Assembly: GCA_029863245.1 (NCBI GenBank)
Contig: JAOTVV010000003.1
Location: 82,591 to 146,590, forward strand
DNA length: 64,000 nt
Direction of reading: 5' to 3'
Source of the DNA: Gemmatimonadota bacterium
GTDB lineage: Bacteria; Gemmatimonadota; Gemmatimonadetes; Gemmatimonadales; GWC2-71-9
Shown here piece after piece: positions 32,475-41,600 of this stretch (the first letter of the stretch is position 1; every line of letters begins with the position of its first letter). The notes beneath the pieces are model-generated. The model worked only from the letters and a program-made list of their open reading frames with translations, made no database searches and had not been told where the DNA came from. Both the position numbers and the translations under genes were made by a program.

Positions 32475-33067
32475 TCTCGATGGTCCTCCACGAGCTCCGG
32501 GTGTCGCTCCAGCATGCGGCCGCGGATCGCCTGACGGGCGCGGAACAGGTGCGCGCGAACCGTGTTGGGGTTCATCACGAGCAACACGCTCACCTCGAGC
32601 GGAGTCATGCCCTGCAGGTCCACCAGATCGAACACCTCCCGCTGCATCCGGGGCAGATCCCGAAACAGCGCCATGATCGCGTCCACCGTGTCGGCGCTCT
32701 GCATCGCGTCGACGGGGTCGGGCGGCTCGACCACAGTCCGGTTCCCCTCGTGGGCCGCCCGCTCGGCGAGCTTCGTGCGACGGCGGTGTCGCCGCTGATG
32801 GTCGATGACGAGGTTCCGCGTCACCTGATACAGCCACGTTGTGAATCGCGACTGAAACCGGTAACGACCGAGATCGGCGTGAAGCCGGACAAGCACGTCC
32901 TGCGCGACGTCGTCGGCCTCGTCGGGATGCCCCGTCTGGGCCAGCGCCCAGCGGTACACCCGTGCATGGCACTGCCCGACCAGATCGTTGAAGGCATGTC
33001 GGTCTCCGGCCTGGGACCGTCTCACCAGAGGTTCCAGCAGCGCGTTGAGCTGTTCGAGCCCGCTCAC
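32471..33067 (-). CDS. ECF-type RNA polymerase sigma-70 family factor
   Basis: GTG 33067, 198 aa. Region 2 (DDVAQDVLVRLHADLGRYRFQSRFTTWLYQVTRNLVIDHQRR) and region 4 (MTPLEVSVLLVMNPNTVRAHLFRARQ). Confidence 0.85.
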   Translation of the reverse strand: MSGLEQLNALLEPLVRRSQAGDRHAFNDLVGQCHARVYRWALAQTGHPDEADDVAQDVLVRLHADLGRYRFQSRFTTWLYQVTRNLVIDHQRRHRRRTKLAERAAHEGNRTVVEPPDPVDAMQSADTVDAIMALFRDLPRMQREVFDLVDLQGMTPLEVSVLLVMNPNTVRAHLFRARQAIRGRMLERHPELVEDHRE

Positions 33068-33100
33068 GGGTGATCCCGGTCCGCCCTCATTCCGATCATG

Positions 33101-33128
33101 AGACGTCTGAGCGGGCGATGGCGTTTAC
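33101..33128 (-). promoter_or_regulatory. candidate ECF-type promoter (GTAAAC-N17-CGTCT) upstream of the sigma gene
   Basis: On the minus strand, GTAAAC (33128-33123), a 17-nt spacer, then CGTCT (33105-33101), about 35 nt upstream of GTG 33067. It resembles the AAC / CGT ECF promoter architecture. Confidence 0.3.
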
Positions 33129-33174
33129 AGCAGAGGCCCCGCGACTGGAATGCTGGCCGCGGGGCAACGGAAGG

Positions 33175-33259
33175 GGTGAAACGTGAAGCACAAAATGTGG
33201 GCTGTTGAGCAGCGGTGAGCTGGACAAGCTCGTTCACACCTCACACTTCACGTTTCACC
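33175..33259. repeat. perfect 14-bp inverted repeat with 57-nt spacer
   Basis: GGTGAAACGTGAAG (33175-33188) and CTTCACGTTTCACC (33246-33259), in the intergenic region between the apbE stop and the ECF sigma start. Confidence 0.7.
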
Positions 33260-33290
33260 TTTTCTCGCGTTTGGGTCATTCTGCTAGCCG

Positions 33291-34277
33291 TTACACCACC
33301 TCCACGCCTTCTCTCGACCGTCGAAGCAGCGCCTCGGCCGCGACACCTGGCAACCCGAACACCGCGGTGGCCGCTGCATCGGCCGCGAGACACGATGGGC
33401 CCCGGACGGTGACGCTGTGCACCGCCGTCACGCGCGGCGCCCCGGTCGAGGGATCGAGCAGGTGATGGTACACGCGGCCGCCGTACCGGAAGGCGCGCAG
33501 ATAGTCACCCGATGTGGCCACGGCGGCGTCACTTACCCGGATCTTTCCCGACAGCATCCCGGGATTCTCCGGAGACCGGATACCGACGGTCCACGCGTCG
33601 CCGTCCTCCGAGGTGCCGAGCGCGTAGAGATCCCCACCGACGTTCACGAGACCACGGCGTATGCCCCATTCGCGCAGGGCCGCTACCGCACGATCCACAC
33701 CGTACCCCTTGCCGATGCCACCGAGGTCGATTGCCACGTCGGGATCGGTGAACCGTACCCGAGCCATAGTGCCGCTGCGATCGAGGTCCAGTTCTCGATA
33801 CAGTGCTCGGCCCGCGAGGCGCCCAACGTCCCCAGCGGCTGGCGGCGCCGATCGGTGCTCCACGTCCCACAGCGCCGCCGCCCCCCCGAGACACGGATCG
33901 AATCTGCCATCGCTCGTTTCGGCCCACTGCAGGGCGTTGGCCAAAACGAATCCGGTCTCGTCAGATACCGCCACGGCATCGCGGGCCGCCGACGCATTGG
34001 CCCGACCCACGTCAGACGTGGCCGTGAAGCGCGTCAACAGGCGCTCGGTGCGCCGCAGCTCAGCAAACGCCGCATCGATGGCCGCGTGGGCGTACGCGGG
34101 GTGGGCATGCACCACGCCGACCTCCGCGAGGGTGCCCATGACGGGGACTGTCCGCCGTATCAGACGAGACCGCCGTGCTCGGAGGAAGGGCACGGCGCTC
34201 ACTACGAAGGCGCCGACGCCGAGCGCGATCACCTCGCGCCGAGTGGGGTGACGCTCGGGAGAATTATCCTGTTCCAT
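33291..34277 (-). CDS. apbE: FAD:protein FMN transferase (ApbE family)
   Basis: ATG 34277 (MEQDNSPERHPTRREVIALGVGAFVV, Tat-like RR leader). ApbE motifs VMGTLAEV and IDLGGIGKGYGVDRA. Last gene of the rnf operon. Confidence 0.85.
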   Translation of the reverse strand: MEQDNSPERHPTRREVIALGVGAFVVSAVPFLRARRSRLIRRTVPVMGTLAEVGVVHAHPAYAHAAIDAAFAELRRTERLLTRFTATSDVGRANASAARDAVAVSDETGFVLANALQWAETSDGRFDPCLGGAAALWDVEHRSAPPAAGDVGRLAGRALYRELDLDRSGTMARVRFTDPDVAIDLGGIGKGYGVDRAVAALREWGIRRGLVNVGGDLYALGTSEDGDAWTVGIRSPENPGMLSGKIRVSDAAVATSGDYLRAFRYGGRVYHHLLDPSTGAPRVTAVHSVTVRGPSCLAADAAATAVFGLPGVAAEALLRRSREGVEVV

Positions 34278-34440
34278 GCGAAGTCTCCGATTGCTCGTGG
34301 AGCAACTCACACATATTGCAGTCGTGGCCATCGGACTTGAGCCCGCACGAGCCGCAGCGGTCCTGATGACCCTTGCGGTTCATCAGGCCGAACACGATCG
34401 CCAGCACAGCGAGTCCGAGGATGCCAAGTGCTTCGTTCAT
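34264..34440 (-). CDS. 58-aa single-TM Cys-rich peptide, NqrM (DUF539)-like maturation factor candidate
   Basis: Not in the ORF track because it is under 60 aa. My translation is MNEALGILGLAVLAIVFGLMNRKGHQDRCGSCGLKSDGHDCNMCELLHEQSETSHGTG. Its ATG sits in an ATGA overlap with the rnfA stop, and its end overlaps the apbE start by 14 nt. Confidence 0.55.
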   Translation of the reverse strand: MNEALGILGLAVLAIVFGLMNRKGHQDRCGSCGLKSDGHDCNMCELLHEQSETSHGTG

Positions 34441-35015
34441 GACGAGCTCAACAGACCGGCGAAGCCCATGAACGCCAGCGATAGGCTCCCCGCGATAATC
34501 AGCACCAGCGCCATTCCCTTGGCGAGGGCCGGGACGTCAGCCATCTCGCTCGATTCGCGAATCGACGCCATCAGCACCAGAGCGAGTGTCAAACCGAGCC
34601 CGCCGCCGACGGCGAAGAACAGCCCTTCAAGGAGGTTGTAGCCTCGATTGGTCTGGAAGATCGCGAGCCCGAGAATGGCGCAGTTCGTGGTGATGAGCGG
34701 CAGGTAGATCCCAAGCTGCCGGAACAGCACGGGGCTCACCTTCTTGATCACCATCTCGACGATCTGTACTAGCGAGGCGATCACCACGATGAACGAGATC
34801 AGCCGAAGGTACGGCGCGTAGGGTAAGATGAAGGTGTTCAGGAACCACGCGCACACCGATGCGATCACGAGCACGAAGATGTCGGCCAGTCCGAGGCGCA
34901 GAGCCGTGGAGACGCGCGCCGACACTCCCATGAACGGACACAGTCCGAGGAAATAGGCGAGGGTGAAGTTGTTCACCACCATCGCGGAAAGCAGGATCCA
35001 GACCAGCTCGCCCAT
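34437..35015 (-). CDS. rnfA: Rnf electron transport complex subunit A
   Basis: ATG 35015, 192 aa. VNNFTLAYFLGLCPFMGVS and LPLITTNCAILG are collinear with RnfA/RsxA. Confidence 0.9.
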   Translation of the reverse strand: MGELVWILLSAMVVNNFTLAYFLGLCPFMGVSARVSTALRLGLADIFVLVIASVCAWFLNTFILPYAPYLRLISFIVVIASLVQIVEMVIKKVSPVLFRQLGIYLPLITTNCAILGLAIFQTNRGYNLLEGLFFAVGGGLGLTLALVLMASIRESSEMADVPALAKGMALVLIIAGSLSLAFMGFAGLLSSS

Positions 35016-35674
35016 CACGCCGCCTCCTCCCGTGCACCCACGCCGTGCGGCCACTCACGCACGCGTGCGCGCTCCACCCGGCGCTTCTCGATCCATCCGA
35101 ACAGGAGCAGCCAGAAGCCGAGGGTGAGAAAGCCACCGGGCGGCAGTATGAAGATGACCCACGGCTCGAACGGGCCGGGAATGACCTTCATACCGAGTAG
35201 CGCGCCGGTGCCGAGGATCTCGCGGATCGACCCCATCATCACCATCGCAATGATGAAGCCGAACCCGGTGCCGAAGGCGTCCAGCAGTGATCGGCCGACG
35301 GGGTTCTTCGAGGCAAAAGCCTCCTGCCGGCCCAGTATCATGCAGTTCACCACGATCAGCGCGACAAAGGCTCCCAGCGCCTTGTGGATGTCGGGGACCA
35401 GTGCCTCGAGCGTCATGTCGGCCACCGTGACGAACGTCGCGATGATCAGGATGTACGTCGATATCCGCACCTCTCCGGGCACCGCCTTCTTCACGATCGA
35501 CACGAGCAGGCTCGATCCGGTGAGCACGAAGAACGTCGCGATTCCCATGACGAGCGAGTTCTCAAGGGTGTTGCTCACTGCCAAGGCCGGGCACAGGCCC
35601 AGCATCTGGATCAAGACCGGGTTCTCGCGCCAGATACCGCGGAAGAAATCCTGTTGCGGCGACGTCTTGCTCAT
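35015..35674 (-). CDS. rnfE: Rnf electron transport complex subunit E
   Basis: ATG 35674, 219 aa. NPVLIQMLGLCPALAVS and ALIVVNCMILGRQEAFA are RnfE/RsxE-like. Confidence 0.9.
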   Translation of the reverse strand: MSKTSPQQDFFRGIWRENPVLIQMLGLCPALAVSNTLENSLVMGIATFFVLTGSSLLVSIVKKAVPGEVRISTYILIIATFVTVADMTLEALVPDIHKALGAFVALIVVNCMILGRQEAFASKNPVGRSLLDAFGTGFGFIIAMVMMGSIREILGTGALLGMKVIPGPFEPWVIFILPPGGFLTLGFWLLLFGWIEKRRVERARVREWPHGVGAREEAA

Positions 35675-36351
35675 TGCGCGACCTCCGCACTCTGGGGACC
35701 CGTCGCGGCAGCCTGATACGACTCGAGCATCGGCCCCATCCGTTGGAGCGCGTTGTTGATGATCTTGATGACCGTGCGGGACGAGATGGTGGCGCCCGTG
35801 ATCATGTCCACTTCGTGCGGGTCTCCCGTGCTTTGACGGGGCTTCACCCCCGTGAGCGGTGTCTGGACACCGTCGAACTGCGACACGAAGTCCACGTTCT
35901 TCTCGATCTTGTCGCCGAGCCCCGGGGTCTCCTTGCTCTCGAGCACCTTCATGCCCAGGAGCGTCTGCGTCGCGTGGTCGTAGCCGAAGATGAGCCGCAC
36001 GACGTCCTGAAACCCAGGCTCGCCCGACGCGATCGCAAACCCGATAGGGGAGCTGTCGGCGTGATACCCGAAGTAGATCTGCTCGAGCTTCTTCGGGTCG
36101 GCATCGGCCGGCAGCTGACGCGTGAGCGTCCCCTGATAGACGTAGAGAGTATCGTAGTGATCGGGTGCTTTGAGCACCTCTTGGATCGCCGCGGCAAGGC
36201 GCTCGGCCCGGTTGCGCTCGATGGTGGGGAGCGTGGCTTGGTAGACGAACACCAGGACGAACCCCGCGAGGGCACCGGCAAGTCCCAGGGTCACCAACAG
36301 GCGCCACGCCGGGACGTCGGGCTTTGGCTGAAACTGCGCGGGGGCGCTCAT
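35671..36351 (-). CDS. rnfG: Rnf electron transport complex subunit G (FMN-binding)
   Basis: ATG 36351, 226 aa. N-terminal TM anchor and the flavinylation motif DMITGATISSRTV. Confidence 0.85.
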   Translation of the reverse strand: MSAPAQFQPKPDVPAWRLLVTLGLAGALAGFVLVFVYQATLPTIERNRAERLAAAIQEVLKAPDHYDTLYVYQGTLTRQLPADADPKKLEQIYFGYHADSSPIGFAIASGEPGFQDVVRLIFGYDHATQTLLGMKVLESKETPGLGDKIEKNVDFVSQFDGVQTPLTGVKPRQSTGDPHEVDMITGATISSRTVIKIINNALQRMGPMLESYQAAATGPQSAEVAQ

Positions 36352-37352
36352 TCCGTCACCTTCACCGCGGCGCGCGTTCCGAACACTCTGGGTTGCGTAG
36401 CGCGGTTGATGAATGGCACCATCGCGTTCATGAGCAGGATGGCGTACATCACCCCTTCGGCGAGCCCGCCCCACAGCCGGATGACCACCACCAGCACCCC
36501 GATACCGACGCCGTAGAGCCAGCACCCGCGGTTGGTGACCGGCGAGGTCACCATGTCGGTGGCCATGTAGACCGCGCCGAGCATGAGGCCGCCCGAGAAC
36601 AGCATGAACAGCGCGCCCGGAAAGGCGGGGTTGAGCCAGTGCGTGAGCGTGGCAAGCGCCGCGACGGTGAGGAAGATGCTGATCGGGATGCGCCAGTTCA
36701 GGTAGTTCCGCCACGCCAGGTACGCACCGCAGAGCAGAATCAGGATGCCTGCCGTCTCGCCCAGCGAACCGCCGGTGGCACCGATCATGAGCTTGCCCAG
36801 TTCCGTGCTCTGCTGCTCGAACTTCATGAGTCCGAGCGGCGTAGCGCTGGTGAGCACGTCCACCTCGCCGGGACTCATGAGGGGCAGCGCCAGATTGTCG
36901 CCCCGGAGCGCCCACCAGTTCTCGCGAATCACGGGCCACGTGGTGAGCGCCACGGGGAACGCCGCCTGCAGGAACGCCCGGCCCAGCAGCGCCGGGTTGA
37001 AGATGTTCTGACCCAACCCGCCAAAGATGAGCTTGCCGAACCCAATGGCGAACGCGCCGCCCACGAAGGCCATCCACATCGGGAGTCCGGCCGGCAGGCA
37101 GAGGCCGAGCAATAGGCCCGTGATCACCGCAGAGCCGTCGAACAGCGTCTCCCGGCTTCCGAACAGCCATTCGGTTGCGAGACACCCCGCGAGGGCCGCC
37201 ACGATGACCAGTACGGCGCTCGGGCCGAAATAGTAGATGGCCGCCACGATCACCGGGATGAGCGAGACGTTCACCGTCCACATGATCCGCGGCGTACTGT
37301 CGCGCTCGGCCAGGTGCGGCCACGCGGTGATGAGCAGGCGTGGCGCCGTCAT
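36348..37352 (-). CDS. rnfD: Rnf electron transport complex subunit D
   Basis: ATG 37352, 334 aa, polytopic. GQNIFNPALLGRAF and the flavinylation-type motif LTSATPLG. Confidence 0.9.
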   Translation of the reverse strand: MTAPRLLITAWPHLAERDSTPRIMWTVNVSLIPVIVAAIYYFGPSAVLVIVAALAGCLATEWLFGSRETLFDGSAVITGLLLGLCLPAGLPMWMAFVGGAFAIGFGKLIFGGLGQNIFNPALLGRAFLQAAFPVALTTWPVIRENWWALRGDNLALPLMSPGEVDVLTSATPLGLMKFEQQSTELGKLMIGATGGSLGETAGILILLCGAYLAWRNYLNWRIPISIFLTVAALATLTHWLNPAFPGALFMLFSGGLMLGAVYMATDMVTSPVTNRGCWLYGVGIGVLVVVIRLWGGLAEGVMYAILLMNAMVPFINRATQPRVFGTRAAVKVTE

Positions 37353-38689
37353 GCAGCCTTGGGCTTGGGTGGCTGCCGCTTGAGCTGGTTCTTCGCCAGT
37401 GCGAACAGCTGAGTGAGCGGGATATTGGACGGACAAGTGTAGCCGCAGCAGCCGCACACCATGCAGTCCATCAGGTGGTTCTCCACCATCTCGTCGTACC
37501 GGTCGTGCATGGCTAGCTGCCCGAGGAGCTGCGGGTTGAGAAACACGGGACACGCGTCGAGGCAGTGCCCGCAGCGGATGCACGGGTACGAGTGCTGGGA
37601 CTTCACCTCGGCGCCGGTGAGCGCGATGACCCCGGTCGTGCCCTTGGTGATCGGCACGTCGAGGCTGGCCTGCGCTGCACCCATCATGGGACCACCGAAC
37701 ACGATCTCGCGCGCCGTCTCGGTGAGGCCGCCGCACGCATCGAACACATCGCGCACCTTGGTGCCGACCGGCACGATCAGGTTTGCAGGCCGACGCACGC
37801 CGGGACCGGTTACCGTCACGATCCGCTCGATGAGCGGCAGGCCCGTCTCGAACACCTCCGCGATGGTTGCCACCGAGGCCACGTTGTGGACGACCACGCC
37901 CACGTGCATCGGCAGTCTGCCCGACGGCACTTCGCGGCCGAGCAGCGCCTTGATGAGCATCTTCTCGGCCCCCTGTGGGTACTTCACCGTGAGGCCGTGA
38001 ATGGTGACGTGTCCTTCCAGGTCGTCGGGGAGCGTCGCCCGCAGGCGTTCGATGGCGTCCGGCTTGTTCTTCTCGATGCCCACCATCACGCGATCCGCCC
38101 CGATCGTCTTCATCATGAGCCGGATGCCGAGATGCACGCGCCCGGGGTATTCCACCATGGTGCGGTGATCGGTCGTGAGGTACGGCTCGCACTCGCACCC
38201 GTTGATGACGATCGTGTCGATGGAGACGTCGTCGGGCGGGACGAGCTTGACGTGGGTGGGGAAGGCGGCACCGCCCAGGCCGACCACGCCGGCTTGCCGG
38301 ACCGCATCCACGAGCTGCTTGCGGTCCAGGCCACGCCAGTCGGGGATGATCCGTTTCCGCGGTACCTGGGCGTCGTATGGGGCCACGGCAATCCGGATCG
38401 CATCCTGGTAGCCGCCTGTCGGGTGCGGCCACAGCTCGATCGCCGTCACGGTCCCGGCCGCCGAGGTGTGGATCGGCGACGAGATGAACCCGTCGGCTTC
38501 GGCCACCTTGTCACCGCGCTCCACGCGGTCACCTATTCGGACAATGGGCACGGCCGGCTTCCCCGTGTGCTGACTGAGCGGCAGCACGATCTCGTCGGGG
38601 AAGGGCAGCCGGCGGACAGGAATCGCAGCCGTGAGCTGTTTCAGCTCCGGCGGGTGCACCCCGTGGCGGAACCGCATTCGCTTCGCCAT
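37349..38689 (-). CDS. rnfC: Rnf electron transport complex subunit C
   Basis: 446 aa. NADH-binding region GLGGAAFPTHVK and two 4Fe-4S motifs, CIRCGHCLDACP and CMVCGCCGYTCP. Confidence 0.9.
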   Translation of the reverse strand: MAKRMRFRHGVHPPELKQLTAAIPVRRLPFPDEIVLPLSQHTGKPAVPIVRIGDRVERGDKVAEADGFISSPIHTSAAGTVTAIELWPHPTGGYQDAIRIAVAPYDAQVPRKRIIPDWRGLDRKQLVDAVRQAGVVGLGGAAFPTHVKLVPPDDVSIDTIVINGCECEPYLTTDHRTMVEYPGRVHLGIRLMMKTIGADRVMVGIEKNKPDAIERLRATLPDDLEGHVTIHGLTVKYPQGAEKMLIKALLGREVPSGRLPMHVGVVVHNVASVATIAEVFETGLPLIERIVTVTGPGVRRPANLIVPVGTKVRDVFDACGGLTETAREIVFGGPMMGAAQASLDVPITKGTTGVIALTGAEVKSQHSYPCIRCGHCLDACPVFLNPQLLGQLAMHDRYDEMVENHLMDCMVCGCCGYTCPSNIPLTQLFALAKNQLKRQPPKPKAA

Positions 38690-38696
38690 GAATCGC

Positions 38697-41600
38697 TCAG
38701 TTGAACGGCTCCGCCCGCTTCATCCACTTCTCGAGGTCCTTCTCTTTCGGATTGAGCGGCGTGCCCGGGTGGATGATCCGCACCGGACAGCGCTCAGCGC
38801 TCGTGACCAGTTCCTTGAAGGTCCCCGCCTTCGGGTCCTTGATGTACGCCTGCTTCTTGTCGTCGTAGACGAACATCTTCTTGTTGACCTTGATGCACTC
38901 TTCGCAGCTCGTGCACCGCGCGGTGTCGATGTACGGCTCGAGTGCGAGACCTTCCTCCTCCTCGACGGCAGGGGCGGCGACTGCCGCTGTGGCAACGGCC
39001 GCGCCACCTCCCCTCGGAGCCGGCGCCACGGCGGGCCCGGTATCGAGGCTCAACCCGCCCACATCCAGCTTGAGCGGCTGGATCGGCATTGCCTGCACCT
39101 CGCTCAGGAGTTCGGCGATGGTACGCTGACCGTTGCCGGCCCGGACCAGGCCCTCGGCGAGCCGGTGGGCCACGAGTTGCGGATACTTCTGCTTCAGGTC
39201 CGCGATTCTGGCCTCGTACTCCGCCTTGATCTGCGCCGCCTGCGCCTCGAACTCCTGCTCCGCCTCCGCCGAGACGTCCACCGCGAGACCGGCCATCTCC
39301 TTGAGCAGCGACCACACGTGGAGCCGGTCCTCGGCCAGCTGCACCATCTCCGATGAGACGGCCACGCGGCCGAGCGTGCGGTCGGGCCGGAGCAGGTAGA
39401 TGAACGGGGTCTTGCCCTCGCGATCCTCCGGCGATGCCGTCAGGAACTCATGGAACGGCATCATGCTGTCCTCATCGAAGTCACCCCTGACGCGCTTGAA
39501 GTGCTTCTTGAATCGCGCCTCGGTCGCCGCCCAGTCGGCCGTCGTGACCGGCAGCTCCATCATCTGCTCCTGGCCGTTCTCGTCCACGTACTTGAGGTCG
39601 TAGCTTGGCCACGTGTCGTCGATCGACGGGTTGCCGTCGAGCGAGAGCCGCTCCGCCATCGTGTAGCCCTCGGCAGGATCGTAGACGAGCACTGGGTACG
39701 CCCGGCTCTCGAGCATGAGCTTCGCCGCGTCGGGCGCCTGATCGTCACCCACCCCATGCTCGGGCGGGCACGGACAGTGCAGCGCCAGCACCGAGGGGTA
39801 GCGCGACTGCAGGCTCTTGAGCACGCCGGCCAACAGGTGCGACGGGTTCGCCTGGGACGCCTGGAGCACGAACACGTTGCGGTGTGCCATGGCGATCAGC
39901 GCCAACTCCTTGCGCGTCTCCTCCTTGCCGTGCTGTGCCGCGCCGTAGGCCGCCATGTCGCTCACCTGACCGGTGAAGCCGCTGGTGCAGGCCTGGCCGC
40001 CCGTGTTCGAGTACACCTGGGTGTCGAGCACCATCACGCGAATCGGTTTCCCCGACGCCAGGAGTCGCGACATGTTCTGGAACCCGATGTCCAGCATGGC
40101 CCCGTCGCCGCCGGTGGCGAAGATGGGCGGACACAGGTCGAACTCCTTGTCGCTGAACTGCCGCCACTCGAACCGGGTGAAGAACGGCTCGTGGACGGCC
40201 GGATCGTATTCCTCGGCCAGCTCCAGCTCAGCACGCCGCACCGCCACGAACCCGTCGGCCATCTTCCGCATGTGCCCTTCGAAGATGCCGATGGCAATCG
40301 AGGGCGCGTCCTGGAACAGGTGGTTCACCCACGGGAAGGGATAGGGGTTGAACGGATAGGTGCTGCCCCATACCGAGGAGCAGCCTGTGGCGTTGGTCAT
40401 CGCCATGACCGACCGGCCCTTGCCCGTCGGCCCTTCGACGTAGCGCCACCTGAGATCGCGCAAATCGTCGAGCATGGTGCGGATCCGCGCCACCGCCTGC
40501 TTCTGTTCGTCGTCGAGCGTGAGGTCGGCCTTCCCTCCCGCCACGTCCACGGCGTTCAGGTCGGCGTCGGCGGCCAGGAGCGTCCTGGCCTTGGCGTCGA
40601 GACCTGCGATCAACTCGTCCAGTTCGGCGATGTGCCGCTTCACCCGCGGCATCATCAGGGCATTCACCGCCGAGAGCACCAGGTGCACGACGGTCTTCTC
40701 GCCGCAGCCCATGCAGGCGCCGTCGCCGCCGGCCATCGACCGGTAGGTCTCCTTCTTCAGCAGGAGCGACGACAGCACGCCGATGCCCTCCTCGATGTCC
40801 GACACGTTGACGTACCGGTCGTTGGTGTCGGGCAAGAGTTCCCAGAGCTTCCAGTCTTTGCGGAGCTTGTCGACGATCTCGTCGGTCTGCTTGACCGTGA
40901 TGAGCGCCTCGTCGGGACACACGTGCACGCAGATATTGCAGCCCTTGCACGCGTCCGGATTGACCGTGATCGAGAGCAGCCCCCCCGTGTTCTTCTCGCG
41001 TCCCTCCGGTAGGTCGAAGAACGCGGTTGTCTTGGCGAGCGGGAAGTCCTCGAGCACGGCATAGACCGGCGCGAACTCCGCGTCGAGCGCCGCACGGCGC
41101 TCAGGGTCGAGCTTCATCTTGTCGACCACCGTCTTGTAGGCCTCCGACAACACGGCGCCAAACGTCGTGAACGGCACGCCCTTCATGATCTTCCGCGACT
41201 CGTTGCCGAGGTGCTTCGTGATCTGGCGCAGGCGGTCGAGCGACCGGCCGTTGGAGACGAACCGGATGGCCGTGTCGAGTACTTCTTCGACCTCGTTCAC
41301 CAGGCCCGGAATGGCAGCGTCGGGGCACTGCACCCAGCACTGCCCGCAGCCGGTGCACTTCTCCGCGATGAACTCCGGTACTTCGAACCGCACGTCCGTC
41401 ATGTCGCGGATCGTGCTCGTAGCCGCCGGAATCGCGCTCAGTGCGGCAAATGGGTCGGCGATACCGTCGTCACCGGTCTTGTACAGGTAGCAGACCTGTT
41501 CCCAGAACCGGCCGGGGTTTCCAATGCCGGCCCGGACCTTTGAGCCGTCGAGCATTGCGGGCATCTGCGGTGGGGGGATCACCACGTCCTGCGACACCCC

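Noticed and set aside
33204-33219. The exact 16-mer GTTGAGCAGCGGTGAG occurs on the + strand at 33204-33219 and on the - strand at 48661-48676, bracketing the 15-kb kor-PFOR-rnf operon like terminal inverted repeats.
   Set aside because: One exact 16-mer pair in either orientation is about what chance predicts for 64 kb, and more so with skewed composition. Flanking similarity is weak, and there are no transposase, integrase or target-site duplications. It is worth a genome-wide motif count but is not supportable as a mobile-element boundary.
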